This document shows, piece by piece, positions 25,773-38,845 of a stretch of DNA of 64,000 nucleotides. The notes below the pieces were generated by a model that did no database searches, had not been told where the DNA came from, and saw only the letters and a program-made list of their open reading frames with translations. Source of the stretch: Felis catus. Lineage: Eukaryota. The position numbers and the translations under genes are program-made. Position 1 is the stretch's first letter. Each line of letters opens with the position of its first letter. The stretch covers positions 143,842,001 through 143,906,000 of the forward strand of contig NC_058368.1 of assembly GCF_018350175.1 (NCBI RefSeq). Reading direction: 5' to 3'.

Positions 25773-26446
25773 GGTACCATGTATATAGTATATACAAAAA
25801 AACAGCTTTATTAAATAAAAGATTATATGTATTGTTCTGTGATGTTTCTTTCCAACTAACAGTAAGCCGTGGAGATCTTTCCCTATTAATTATACATAAA
25901 ATCCCAACCCACTTCTTAACCACTATTTAATATTTTATAGTAAGAATTCTAGATCAAAATTGGTAAGCTTCCCACACTGAACTTGTTAGGGACAATTTTT
26001 TGTTTCCTGCTATATGTTTTCTTGCTATTACAAATGCTGACTCAATAAACATTGCTATGCCTCCTCATTGCACACATGCCATTATTTATACAGGAAAGAC
26101 TCCTGACCTAGAAATGGAATCAAGTTTTAGTTTCAAGAGTTAGAGTCAAACCACACTTCAAAGACTGTAGCAATTCATGTCTCATCAGTAATACCTGAGA
26201 CTGCTCACATTTCCAACCTGAACCTGCAATTTAAAGATAAAGTAAAGGTTCATAACAAATGGCCCCAAGATATGCCACTTTGGTGTGAGAATTACACTGA
26301 TCTGAAAACAATCAAGTTCCAGAAGACTCAAAAAACTTTGGCCTTCCTTGCTAATTGCCTAAAAAAAAATTAGATGGGGGCAGGGGAGAATTTAATAGAG
26401 GACTTGTTCCAGGAAGAGAGCTACCACCATAGACCAGTACAGCATA

Positions 26447-26555
26447 GTGCACCTGGGTGGCTCAGTCAGTTAAGCATCTGACTTCACGTCATGATCTCAC
26501 CCACCATTCGTTGAGTTTGAGCCTTGCTTCAGGTGTGCCCTGCTTCTCTCCTTGA

Positions 26556-26635
<80 letters not shown>

Positions 26636-26657
26636 AATGGAAGAAAGAAAGAAATGG

Positions 26658-26703
<46 letters not shown>

Positions 26704-26773
26704 GGAAGGAAGGAAGGAAGGAAGGAAGGAAGGAAGGAAGGAAGGAAGGAAGGAAGGAAGGAAACGAACAAAC
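26447..26773 (+). mobile_element. Atypical CanSINE with an expanded purine tail
   Basis: Head; flanking TACAGCATA duplication. Confidence 0.8.
26554..26764. repeat. Compound (GAAA)n(GA)n(GGAA)n microsatellite
   Basis: Read directly. Confidence 0.97.
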
Positions 26774-27404
26774 TACAGCATACTATGAACTAGGTAGTAG
26801 ACAAGGAGGAATTCAGCAAGGTCTGTTTATGAAAATTCCTCTGTCCCTTGCTTCCATATGGCCCAGCAAATTTGTTTACCAAACATTTACCCTTTATTTT
26901 CCAGTAAATTGCCTTCCTTCCCATCGGAGTCTCGAACTCTCAAGCCCCTTCCCCCTTCTCCTAAGTTCAGGATGACATATATACCTCATTTTGTCTATCT
27001 TTGGAATCTCATGTTTATGAGATTATGTGGATTCTGTGAAAGTATGAAATTAAGTTTGATTTCCCCTATTAATCTGTCTTGTATCAATTTAATTTTTAGA
27101 CCAGCCAGGAAATTCTTGAAGGGTGAGGAAAAATTTTCCTCCCCCAAAATAAAAAATACTATCTTGTTTCAATGTCCTCATTATGAGTAGTGTTCACATC
27201 TTTTGCTAAAGTTATGGCTATCTGCATTTTTCTCTCTGAATTGGCTATTAATTGAGCTTTTTTTTTTTGATCTGTTGACACTGTTATTTACGAGTCTTAA
27301 TCTTCTGATAAATGTTGGCAATGGTTTCTTCTAGTCCAACTAGAAGGTTTCAATGTAAAACCTATATGCATTACCAGAATGATTAAAATCTTCCATAATA
27401 GGGG

Positions 27405-27612
27405 CGGGCGCCTGGGTGGCTCAGTTGGTTGAGCGCCCAACTTCAGCTCAGGTCATGATCTCATGATTTGTGAGTTAGAGCCCCACATCAGGCTCTGTGC
27501 TGACAGCTCAGAGCCTAGAGCCTGCTTCGGATTCTATCTCCTTCCCTCTCTGCCCCTTCCCACTTGTGCTCTGTCTCTCTGTCTCTCAAAAATAAACAAA
27601 ATAAAAAAAAAA
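27405..27612 (+). mobile_element. CanSINE
   Basis: TSD AATCTTCCATAATA. Confidence 0.9.
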
Positions 27613-27884
27613 TTTTAATCTTCCATAATAAAAACAAGCAGTATATTTCTAACTAATGTTGGAAAATAAAGATTTAGTCAATGGTTATTAAAAAAAAAAA
27701 AAAAAGAAAAGAAACTTTGCTTCTTATTAACATCAAAGTGGAACATTCTTCAGAACAAAACAATAAGCTGAAAATCACATTGTAACTGTTATTCACAAGA
27801 CAAAAAAATATCGCAGAGGGAAAAAAAATGACAAAGCTGGAAGTAAAATTGAAGCATGACAAGCTAGTTTTTTCTTCAGAAAAG

Positions 27885-27904
27885 ATTTTTTTAAGCTTAT
27901 TTAT

Positions 27905-27951
<47 letters not shown>

Positions 27952-28077
27952 TAGCAAAGCGAGAGATAGAGAGCAAGAATTCCAAACGCGGGGCTTGAAC
28001 TCACAAACTGCAAGATCATGACCTGAGCCGAAACCAAGAGCTGGATGCTCAACCAACTGAGCCACCCAGATGCCCCT
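27885..28077 (-). mobile_element. CanSINE
   Basis: Reverse head, (GA)n. Confidence 0.88.
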
Positions 28078-28470
28078 CTCCAGAAATTATCTTAAAGGCT
28101 ACTCAGATTTCCATCAGCAAAAGGAAAACTAAATTTAATTGGAGTTCATTTTCCTGAACGAAGATTCCCTCCACTCAGAAAATGTCTGCAGTCATTATAA
28201 TACCTGAATCTGAAACATGTTTTTCCAAAATAGCATGTTTTTTCAAGTAAATGCCTTGGGCAAAAATGCATTGTTGCTGAGAACCAATTAGTATATAGGT
28301 CCTTGTCTCTGAAGAGACAGATACACAAGATTTCATAAAGAAATGTCAAATATTTTGTAGTCAGAAAGTTTCTACAACCGCAATTTTCTTTTTTTTAGAT
28401 CAGTTCAAGATGTAAAAAAATAGAGACACTACTGTATTTTTTAACAGGCTACAAAACAAAGAAGCATGTG

Positions 28471-29140
28471 TAGGATTACCAGATAAAATACAAAGTGTAT
28501 AGTTAAATTTAAATTTTGCACAATGACAGATTTTTTTAGTCTCAGTACATCTGCAGGAGTGCTGACAGTACGGACTCCATCTTTGGCCCTCCTGCTAGTT
28601 TGTGTTCACTTGATGACCTCTCTTGGGGCTGGGTGTTCAGGGTGCCCTGGAGATTAATATACTTAGAAATGCCTGCCAAGCCCAGATGGAGGCTGGGGGA
28701 GGCTTGTTTGGGCCCCATGAATCAGTTAGATAGAACATGGTCTTCCCTCTTCCTGAGGCACAGGTGGTGCCAAAATATCTAATTAAAGGTTAGCTGTCAA
28801 TTAGGTACGTGTGAACCCTCTGACCTCATTACAGTGCTCTCACGCATGTCCCCTCCCTCTGTAAAATCCAAACTAAGGCCCAGACTTTGCAGAGAATAAC
28901 TGCACTTGCCGCGGATCCTTCTCTGCCAGATCCACCCCCCACATCCCTCACCCCCACACTCAGTAAGTTACCCTAAATAAAACTCTGTATAAATTGTAGC
29001 GAGTTGCCTGCTTCGTTTTCCAGTCTCAAAGTTGCTTTCTCAGTTTGGGAGAAATAATTTACTTTCTCCTCTACCTTCTAACAATGCTCCATACAATATT
29101 TGGGACATACTTATGCTAAAAAAAAAAGCATTGCTTGTCA
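28471..29140. mobile_element. MER53-like palindromic DNA transposon, split by the LTR
   Basis: CCAGATAAAATACA...AGTTAAATTT left arm; ATATTTGGGACATACTTAT right arm. Confidence 0.65.
28552..29083 (+). mobile_element. Old LTR inserted in a MER53-like element
   Basis: TG...CA ends; AATAAA near 28976; splits the two arms of the MER53-like element; TSD degenerate. Confidence 0.6.
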
Positions 29141-29659
29141 TAAAATAAAGCTCAAAAGAAGTCAGGCTCTCTCTGGAAAGGGCCAGGTGTACTCCATGCT
29201 AGAAAGATGAAAAGATGACTGGTTTCAGTAGGTGGGTAAGGTGGAAGGCCCTGGTTCAAAAGTCCAGGTAACAGATGAAGAAGGTAAGCCACTGGTAGGG
29301 AGACTAGAAATTCTGTAGGTAAAAGTCCTAACTGGTAGGACTATATGAATGACAAGAATGAAGTGAAGGAGGGGGTGGTGGGTACTGTTTGGGGTGGTGG
29401 GGGAATGAGGTTGGCATAGGACAAACAAGGGAACTAGAACAGATCAGGCGTTTGTTTTAACATACAGGGTTGGAGGCACCCTGGGGCATCCCAGTGAAAA
29501 TGTCTAGTCTGGAAATTGCTTTAGGACAGGAATTCGGACTAGGCCCAAGGGCACAGGAAGCACTCCCATGCAGGTAATAAGAGAAGTCAGCAAGTGCTTT
29601 CCGAAGGAGTCTCAATTTTTAGCTTGTGTTTTACCATAAGTGAGCAAACTCACAGGGTT

Positions 29660-30815
29660 AAAAATCGTCAAATAGTCAACATCCAAAAACCAAATGATCC
29701 AATTAAAAAATGGGCAGAAGACATGAACAGACATTTGTCCAAAGTTGACATCCAGATGGCCAACAGACACATAAAAAGATGCTCATCATGACTTACCATC
29801 AGGGAAATACAAATCAAAACTACAATAAGATATCACCTCACACCTGTCAGAATGGCTACAGTCAACAACACAAGACACAAAAGGGGTTGGTGAGGATGTG
29901 GACAAAGGGGAACCTCACTCACTGTTGGTGGGAATGCAAACTGGTGCACCGCTTTGCAAAACAGTGTGGAGGTTCCTCAAAAACTTAAAAATAAAACTAC
30001 CCTATGGTCCAGCAAATGCACTACTGGGTATTTACCTAAAGAACAGAAGAACACCAATTCAAAGGGATACATGTACCTCTATGTTTATAGCAGCATTATT
30101 TACAACAGCCAAATTATGGAAGCAGCCCAAGTGTCCATCGAAAGATGAATGGAAAGGGGCGCCTGGGTGGCTCAGTCGGTTAAGCGGCCGACTTCGGCTC
30201 AGGTCATGATCTCACGGTCCGTGAGTTCGAGCCCCGCGTCGGGCTCTGTGCTGACAGCTCAGAGCCTGGAGCCTGTTTCAGATTCTGTGTCTCCCTCTCT
30301 CTGACCCTCCCCCGTTCATGCTCTGTCTCTCTCTGTTTCAAAAATAAATAAACGTTAAAAAAAATTTTTTTTTTAAAGAAAGATGAATGGAAAAAGAAGA
30401 TGTGGTGTTCATACACACATACAGTAGAATATTATTCATGCGTTAAAAAGAATGAAATCCTGCTATTTGCAATGACATGGATAGAGCTATACAGTACAAT
30501 GCTAAGCAAAATAAGTCAGAGAAAGACAAATACCATATCATTTCACTCCTATGTGGAATTTCAGAAACAAAACAATGAGCAAAGGGGGGAAAAGGAGAGA
30601 GACAAACCAAGAAACAGACTCTTAATTATAGGGAACAAATTGATGGTTACCAGAGGGGAGGGGGGTGGGGGGATAGGTGATAGGGATTAAGAAGTGCACT
30701 TGTCTTAAAATGAGCACCGGGTGATGTATGGAATTGATTCATTATATTGTACACCTGAAACTAATATATTAACACTGCACCTTAACTAACCGGAATTAAG
30801 ATAAAAGCTTAATTT
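29660..30815 (+). mobile_element. Older carnivore L1 (ORF2 C-terminus + 3'UTR), interrupted by a SINE
   Basis: Degenerate ORF2 peptides ([28 protein letters not shown]). Confidence 0.92.
30156..30377 (+). mobile_element. Young CanSINE inserted in an L1
   Basis: Perfect TSD GAAAGATGAATGGAAA (30140-30155, 30378-30393). Confidence 0.95.
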
Positions 30816-30821
30816 AAAGAA

Positions 30822-31032
30822 TGTTTTTAATTTATTTATTTTGAGAGAGCGAGAGAGACTGAGCACGCACACAAGTGGGAAAGGGGCAGAGACAGAGACA
30901 GAGAATCCCAAGCAGGCTCTGCACTGTCAGCACAGAGTCCAACGCAGTACTCGGTCTCACAAACTGTGAGATCATGACCTGAGCTGAGAACAAGAGTCCA
31001 ATGCTTAACCAACTGAGCCACCCAGACACCCC
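30822..31032 (-). mobile_element. CanSINE
   Basis: Reverse head and tail. Confidence 0.88.
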
Positions 31033-32012
31033 GTTAGGCTGTTTTGCTTATACAGAACTTATTGCTCTACAATACTCATCCACGTCTCCCTCCTTCCCTT
31101 CTCTCTTCCACTCAGTCAGCAAAACTAATTTCTGACATTCCCCCCTCAACTATGACACAAGCATGTCAGTACCCCTTTCATCTACACCAGCCCATCTTTT
31201 AACTTCAGGCGCTTCTCTGCCTAACTCCCCACAAATCCACTTCTCTCCTCTCCTCCCCAAACCCATTTCAAGGAGAACACTAATGCCAGGAGGCCTAAAC
31301 TTCCACTCTAACCACCCCACCCCCCCCACCCCCCCACCCCCCGCTTATTTACTCCCAGAGGCTCTCAGGCTCATCAAAAGGTGGGTATGTGTTTCATCCA
31401 AAATAAAAGTAGCCAAACTACCCACTGCTCCAAGTACTAAGACCTGCTTTATGCTCTGTGGGTGACTTAGTCAGTTAGTCCTCAGTAAGTGGTGAATATT
31501 TTTAGGCAAAGAACCTCTACGTTGAACAAGCTGGCAGGATTCACGAAGGGGGAATTTGCTCTGGTTCAATATTTGCTCTTCCAAGTTCCATCCCAGTTTT
31601 AAAAAAAGAAAACACACATCATCCACAGGCTCCACACTGTGGGGTGAAGGCAATGGGCTGGCTCAGGGTGTTGCCTCCTTAAGTCGGGCCCTGGGCATCC
31701 AAGGACACTACATCTATGTTGGTTCTGCAGGGACCTGTGGGCAAAGGGTTTCCTTTCAATCCTCAAGGCAGCCAAACTCAAAGCCATAAAATTATCAGAA
31801 AAAATAAACAAGGACTCAGTGGACTTCCAACCCCAACTCCCCTACTAACTTGAGCAAATTACACACCCTCTCTGAGCTTCAATTTCCGTATCTGTACAAT
31901 GAAATAAAATTGCCATCTACCTTATGAAGTTGTCCTGAGAATTAAATCAGTCAGTCCTTGTAAAGTGATTGCCACAGTTCCTAATCCATAATAGCTATTA
32001 ACTAAACTTCCT

Positions 32013-32587
32013 GGGGTGCCTGGCTGGCTCAGTCTCAGAGCATGAGCCTCTTAATCTCAGGGTCAAGAGTTCAAGCCCCACACTGGCCACGGAGCCTACT
32101 TAAAAAATTAAATAAATAAACTGCCTTAAATTCTAAAGTACTATCTACTTTATAAAAAGAACTTTTGGAGGAGGGGTGCCTGGGTAGCTCAGTCAGTTGA
32201 GTGTCCAACTCTTGATTTTGACTCAGGTCATGATCTCACAGTTCCTGGGATCGAGCCCACGTCGGGCTCTGTGCCGACAGCTTGGAGCCTGACTGGGATT
32301 TTCTCTTTCTCTGCCCTTCTTCTGCTCGCGCCCTTTCTCACACACACGAAATAAATAAACATTAAAAAGGGGGAGGGTGCCTGGGTGCCTCAGTCAGTTA
32401 AGCATCCAACTCTTGATTTCAGCTCAGGTCATGATCTCACAGTTCATGAGATAGAGTCCCACATTGGGCTCTGCACTTACAGTGTGGAGCCTGCTTGGGA
32501 TTCTCCCTCTCTCTCTCTCTGCCCCTCCCCTTACCCTGCACACATGCTTTCTTGATCTTTCTCCCAAAATAATTAAATTAACATTTT

Positions 32588-32636
<49 letters not shown>

Positions 32637-32700
32637 AAGAAAGAAAGGGAGGGAGGGAGGGAGGGAGGGAGGAGGGAGGAGGAAGGGAGGGAGGGAGGAA
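32013..32700 (+). mobile_element. Three tandem CanSINEs (~32013, ~32172, ~32375) ending in (GA)n/(GGGA)n
   Basis: Three heads. Confidence 0.87.
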
Positions 32701-33716
32701 GAAAGATCTTTCCAGAGAGGGAATCAGCACATTACATGAACAACTGACGGGTTGCTGCATTCTGACTTAAACACAGTGGGGAATAAGCATCTTAGAAATC
32801 AGGAGATGCTCTACTCACTTTACCAAAGGATTGGTGTTGCAAGATACAGGCTAACTTCCAATAAGATGACTCCTGCCCTGGTATATTTATATAAGAACTG
32901 AGTTCTCTGTTTTTCAGAGACCTAGCCACTGGTCAAAGAAAATATATCTGAACTCCCAAATCAGGGAAGATATTTTCAAAACACCAACACAAGTATGAAG
33001 CTCAAAGACATGGAAGCTAGAAGGAAATCCACACAATTTTTCCTATACAGGAGAGATGCCAGCTACGCCCCTCAAACAACTTCAGTCTCAGAGGAGTAAG
33101 TATCAAGAACCCACAGAAGAGCCATGGAAAGGCCTACACACAGGTCTGGTTGGCCCAAGGCCCAGATGCTACAAACTTAGAAAAAGAGTATGGACTTTGG
33201 GAGGGTTCTTACAGAAGCAGAGAGGAGGAAGATGAGAGGTGTGTCCTCCTAATATGAAAGTGTTGTTTGGGAGAGAGGAGAAAATGGCATATTAGTAAAG
33301 CTAAAGATTCTTACATTATATAAAATTTCCAGGGCATTTCCATTTAAAATTCCCATATAAAAGCTGCAAGGAAAGCTTTGGGCGGGTTGGCATGAGTAAC
33401 AGCACGAAAGCCAGAAGAACCGGCTCTGCAAGTTCTGTTTAGTATCTCTTGACGATGAATTTCATAACCAGAGCCTCTTTCTGTCTGCCTCTCCTCTTCC
33501 TGGTATTCCACTTATCTTCAAACTTTCTAAGGCAATTTGTTTTTCTCTGTGGAATAATGTCAGGTCCGTATCAGTGATGTCTATCTGTCACCCGCCAACA
33601 GACAGGAGCTGTGAAATGGGGAACACTGAAGTCAGCTTCCATCCTCCCGTAGACCACCTCTGGGCTCATTCCTTGATAAGTGATTATCTCTGAGGCCATT
33701 TTCGTGACGGGGTACA

Positions 33717-33934
33717 GGTTTTTATTTTCATTTTTTTTATTTTAGAAAGAGCGCACACGCATGAGAAGGGGAGAGTGGCAGAGTGAGGGAGAGAAAGAAT
33801 CCCAAGCAGGCTCCACGATCAGCACAGAGCCCAATGCAGGGCTCAATCCCACGAACGGAACCGTGAGATCATGACCTAAGTAAGCCCAAACCAAGAGTCA
33901 GGTGCTCAATGGACTGAGCCACCCAAGCGCCCCC
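33717..33934 (-). mobile_element. CanSINE
   Basis: Reverse head and tail. Confidence 0.87.
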
Positions 33935-35662
33935 TGGGGGTAGGGGTGGGACTATTTAAAATCAGTACCAACAACCAACACTCACTTCTCTTTGGGGTGG
34001 GTTTCTAAATATTTTTAAGATGCAAGTCTCCATTTGTCATTGTTAAAAACCACAGGAGGAACGAAACTTCCACAGTCTAGTTTTATCTGACCCTGCCACC
34101 TCTGAAATCAGGAACTCAATGCCTCCAACAGTAACTCTGCAGAATCACAGAGGCATGATACAGAGCTGGCACTAGCACTCACAGCTCCTCCACCTCAAGC
34201 ATTTCATCAGGATCGGCACAGCCCCAAATATGATTAGACAGAAAACAACTCTGTTCAAACTGTCAACAAAAAGCTTTCAACAGAAACAAAACAACTCCCC
34301 GAGGACTGACTAATTATGATGGAATGAAAGGATCTTCCACGGGAGAACAGGGATCAACTAATGCCAGTGTCTAGAAGAGAATTAGGTAACATCGAAGGTA
34401 GAACGTACAAACTACACCACACCAGTAACAGAAGTAAGAGTTAATCCCAGTGAAAGCTTTTATAGCTCTGCATTCAGAAGGCAACAGCATCGGGGAATGG
34501 GGGCCATGGAATGGATAGGTCCCATTTGCTGATTTGATGTAAGCCTACAGATTAAGGCAGAGGAACTCAGGTACAGGAATCCTGGTTTCTAGCTTGAGAG
34601 CTGATCTGATGGCAGACCAGTGGTGGGGCAATAATTCACTTAAAAAACAGATTGCATTGGAGGTGTCTGTATCAATGGGAAGCATAAGCCGGTGACTAAG
34701 CAAGGTGCGGTGCTCCAGGAAGATAGCTGGACTAGAGATAAAGATTTGGTAGACCAGCAGAAGTGGTAAAAGAGGCAATCATAGGTAAACTCACAGGGAG
34801 AGGAATGCGGTGAAGGAGGGGAGGGGGGACAGGGGTGGACACAGCCCCAAATGCTGGGGAATGCAAATATTCAGGGGCTGGGAAGAAGGAAAAAACTGAA
34901 AAACTACAAACTGAAGAAGAGAAGTGGAAGGAGAGGCATTCAAGAAGCAGAATGTGGACCGTCTGGGTGGCTCATTCTCTTTGGCATCTGACTTCAGCTC
35001 AGGTCAGCACAGAGTCCATTCAGATCCCTCTGTCCCTCCCCAACTCACTCTCTCAAAAATGAAAACAAACATTTAAAAAAAAAAAAAAAAAAGGAAGCAG
35101 AGTGTGGTCAGCAGTGTCAAATAATGCCAATGTGAGGGGACTGAGAAGTAACATTGGGTCTGGCAGCCAAGAGTCATTTGGGACATTGAATCAAAATATT
35201 CTCTAGAGCCAGTGGGAGCAGAAGCCGAACTACAGATGGTTGAGGAGATAGCCCAGGTCTGGGTATGGGTCAGGAAGCGAACCCAGCAGGTCTTTTGCCC
35301 ATACTTCCAAGAAGTCAAGCGGCAAAGGCAAAGGATCATTCCTAAATTTTATTGATTTGTGATTACTCACGCAATACTTAATAATTACATTCTTGTTGCC
35401 AAGGAAAATGTAAATTACAATAAAGGTAGAGAAAATACAACCCTCTTGACCATTATCACCCCACCTCCAACTTGATTGCTCCCCAGAGGTAAGCACTGTT
35501 GCAGCTGTGTGCATACCCTTATGGACACTTTGCTGTGTTATTCTACACTCACTACGTCTTGGGGATGGTTGCATGTCCGTACCAACCCTAATTTAGTTTC
35601 TGTTACCCAACTGCCAGACATTTAGGTTGTTTCTGATTTTTCACTCTTATAAAAATAATGCA

Positions 35663-36825
35663 TGGGAATGCAAGATGGTGCAGCCACTCTGGAAAACAGT
35701 ATGGAGGTTCCTCAAAAAACTAAAACTAGAGGTTCCTCAAAAAACTAAAAACTAAAAATAGAGCTCCCCTACAACCCAGCAATTGCACTACTAGGCATTT
35801 ATCCACAGGATACAGGTGTGCTCTTTCAAAGGGGCACAGGCACCCCCATGTTTATAATAGCACTATCAATTATAGCCAAAGTATGGAAAGAGCCCAAATG
35901 CTCATCGATGGATGAATGGATAAAGAAGATGTGGTATATCTATACAATGGAGTATTACTCAGCCATCAAAAAGAATGAAATCTTGCCATTTGCAACTACA
36001 CAGATGGAACTGAAGGATATTATGCTAAGTGAAATTAGTCAGTCTGTTGCATCCACACGACTCCTGAAACAGAATGCTACGGGCACCAGTGACAGTCACA
36101 ACAAAGTTTATTACAATGAGAGGCAAGGCCGACCGATCGGGACCAACACTCTTGATAAGAGAGCGCCCTGAACAGCCGGGGTACAGAGTTTTTATAGCCA
36201 ATCACATCGTTTTATCATCACCTGGGAACAGAACAAAGAAATAGTTTCCAGATGAGTTAGAACCAGTTGCCAGATGAGTTAGAAACAGTTGCCTAATGAG
36301 GTGCTTATTTTAGACTTTCTGCCTCTAAGTTGCAACCAGTGGATCTCCTTGACCCTGCCTCTGATGCTCTTTTCTTTGAACTTTTGTTTCCTTAATTGGT
36401 GAAGCCTAATTTACAAGGGTATGAGGCTTAGTTTACAAGAGTAAAGCAAGGCTGTTATCTCTTAACCTTCAGTGTCAACACAAAGCTGTTATTTTTCAAG
36501 CTAAGCATTAGCCCTACACTACAATTTAACCCTTACAAGTCAGAGAAAGACAAATATCATATGACTTCACACACATGAGGACTTTAAGATAAGGGAAGGG
36601 AAACAAAAATAATATAAAAACAGGGAGGGGGACAAAACAGAAGAGACTCTTAAATATGGAGAACAAACAGAGGGTTATTGGAGGGGTTGTGGGAGGGCGG
36701 ATGGGCTAAATGGGTACCGGGGCACTAAGGAATCTACTCCTGAAATCATTGTTGCACTATATGCTAACTAATTTGGATGTAAATTTAAAAAAAAAACAAA
36801 AAATCAAATTTAAAAAAAAACTTGA
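35663..36825 (+). mobile_element. Felid L1 3' fragment containing the solo LTR
   Basis: ORF2 C-terminal peptide AKVWKEPKCSSMDEWIKKMW; A tail; short TSD AATGCATG. Confidence 0.93.
36045..36537 (-). mobile_element. Solo ERV LTR (gammaretrovirus/ERV1-like), sense to SERINC5, inserted in an L1
   Basis: TG...CA ends; 4-bp TSD AGTC (36041-36044, 36538-36541); TATAAAA about 36196-36190; AATAAA 36112-36107; homologous to 62162-62542. Confidence 0.92.
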
Positions 36826-37740
36826 AAAAAATGCATGATGGGTATTTTCCCCACTGTACATATCTCTCTACACGCGTGTAAAACATTAAGGAGGGCAGAC
36901 ACCAAGAAGGTAACTTTGGGTCATAAATTTAGTATGTTTTAAATTTTAACAGATATTGCCAAACTCTCCCCAGGGAGGGTTTTTGTGAACTCTAGGGTTA
37001 GAGTAAGAGGGTGAGTAGAAGAAAGGAAAGAAAATGTCAGGAGAGCCACATATATACTCCTGGGAGCCAGGAAATCCTCCACTGGCCCCCTGGGGGTCAG
37101 CATCTCAATCCTCTTTCCTGAGTGTCTTCACCCATTACACACTGCCCTGATAATCAAGGCAAGTGGGGTGGGAATGGGACCCTCTGAGATCAAGGAAAAA
37201 AATCTACACTTCACCCCAGAAACAACTTAAAACTCACTACAGAGGTTTGCACTTTGTTTTAGTGGTTACTGCCCCCCTACTCCTCCCACAGAACACAGGG
37301 TCTGGATGCAGGACTTTCTGCTGCCCTGGGAGGAAAAAGGTCAATAAAGAATCACTCGTGAACACAGAGATGCTGGGGGTTCTATAACAAGAAGACTAAA
37401 CATCTCAACAGGAAAACTTTTCTATTCGGATAACTTACCAGACAAAAGACATGCTTATAGCCTAAGTGAGCCCCAAACAGGCTTTCTTTGTGAATATGTG
37501 GACTTGCAATACAGCGATGACATGTTATACACAAATTCAACTGTGTGTGACCATCTTCTATAACCAAGAGCTTGCATGTGAAATCTTTCTTCCATACTAC
37601 ACATTACATTGTACAATTCAATATACAATATAGCACAGAGATCATCGTTCATTCACTCATTCACATCTACTATGTGCAGGTATTGTGCTAGGTTATAGGG
37701 ATACAAGCAGTGAATAAAATGGGTTTAAAAAATCCATGCT

Positions 37741-37925
37741 GGGGTGCCTGGGCAGCTCGGTGAGTTAAGCATCCAACTCGTGGTTTCGGCTCAGGTCATG
37801 ATCTCACAGCTTCATGGGCTCAAGCCCGGCATTGGGCTCTGCAATAACAGTGCAGAGCACACTTGGGATTCTCTCTCTGTTCCTCTCACACTTGTGCTGG
37901 CTCTGTCCTCTCAAAATAAATAAAC

Positions 37926-37966
<41 letters not shown>
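37741..37966 (+). mobile_element. CanSINE with (AAT)n tail
   Basis: TSD AAAATCCATGCTG. Confidence 0.9.
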
Positions 37967-37967
<1 letters not shown>

Positions 37968-38634
37968 TCCATGCTGACAAGAAGCTAACTTTCTAGTGAA
38001 ATGTTGTACACACAGAACCACGTGTGCTCTCCTTTATGGGTATTTCAAGCATTTTCATGGTTAATTTTCACTGCTCATGCATGATTTTTGCCTTAAGTGG
38101 GATATGAGAATCTAAAATCCCCAAAAGATCGGACTCTACCATACACAGAACCTCAAGTTTCTGAGAGATCCTAGTCCCCAGTCCTCGTACTGAGGACCAG
38201 GACATGGCAGACACTCAGGTTTCTGACCCAGCATCTTTCCCATTTTGCCATTTATTGGACCTGGAATGGGGTGTCCCCAGCAACAGGGGACCCACAATCT
38301 CATTTTCTCCATCCCCACTTCTTGCTGACCACCAAAATGCTTGGTTTGGCTATATATAAAAAAAAAAAAAATGTAAGTTTTCTTTTCTTTTTAATCATTT
38401 ACCATTTATTTCAAAAGGCCACATAGAATAAGGCAGACTGTTAAACGTGTCACACTAAATTTATTGGTACATTATTCTTGTCTCGTTGACACAACATGTG
38501 GTTGACCCATCCCAGTTATCTGCAACTTCAGGACTCTGGTGTCTTCAACACAAAGTTTAAGCCACTGAAGTTCTCCCCCCAGAGAGGAGAGAACTAACTG
38601 CATGTGACAAGCATAGAGCCACAAACACAAGAAT

Positions 38635-38845
38635 CAAACACTCACAGCCTATGGGTCAAATTCAGCTAGCTTCTGTTTGTGCAAATAAAGTTTTATTGGA
38701 ACACAGCCATGCTCCTTTGTTGGCACATTGTTTGGGTGCTTTTGCCCCACAATGGCAGGGTTTGAGCAGTTGCTACAGGCCACAAAGCCCTCAGAGCAGA
38801 GAATGTTTTCTTGCTGACTCTCCACAGGAAAAGTTAACAGCCTAG
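38635..38845. mobile_element. MER58A-like hAT element
   Basis: AAATAAAGTTTTATTGGAACACAGCCATGC hallmark. Confidence 0.8.

Larger units (their letters stand above)
26241..27148 (+). mobile_element. Old MER34-like ERV1 LTR interrupted by a SINE
   Basis: 5' CCCCAAGATATGCCACTTTGG and 3' TTTTCCTCCCCC resemble the MER34 consensus as recalled. Confidence 0.65.

Noticed and set aside
26524..26975. Overlapping KERK/EGRK-rich ORFs
   Set aside because: Translations of a stop-free microsatellite
29594..30690. ORFs resembling L1 ORF2 (also 35818..36171 and 48796..49155)
   Set aside because: Truncated, frameshifted L1 C-terminal fragments, not genes
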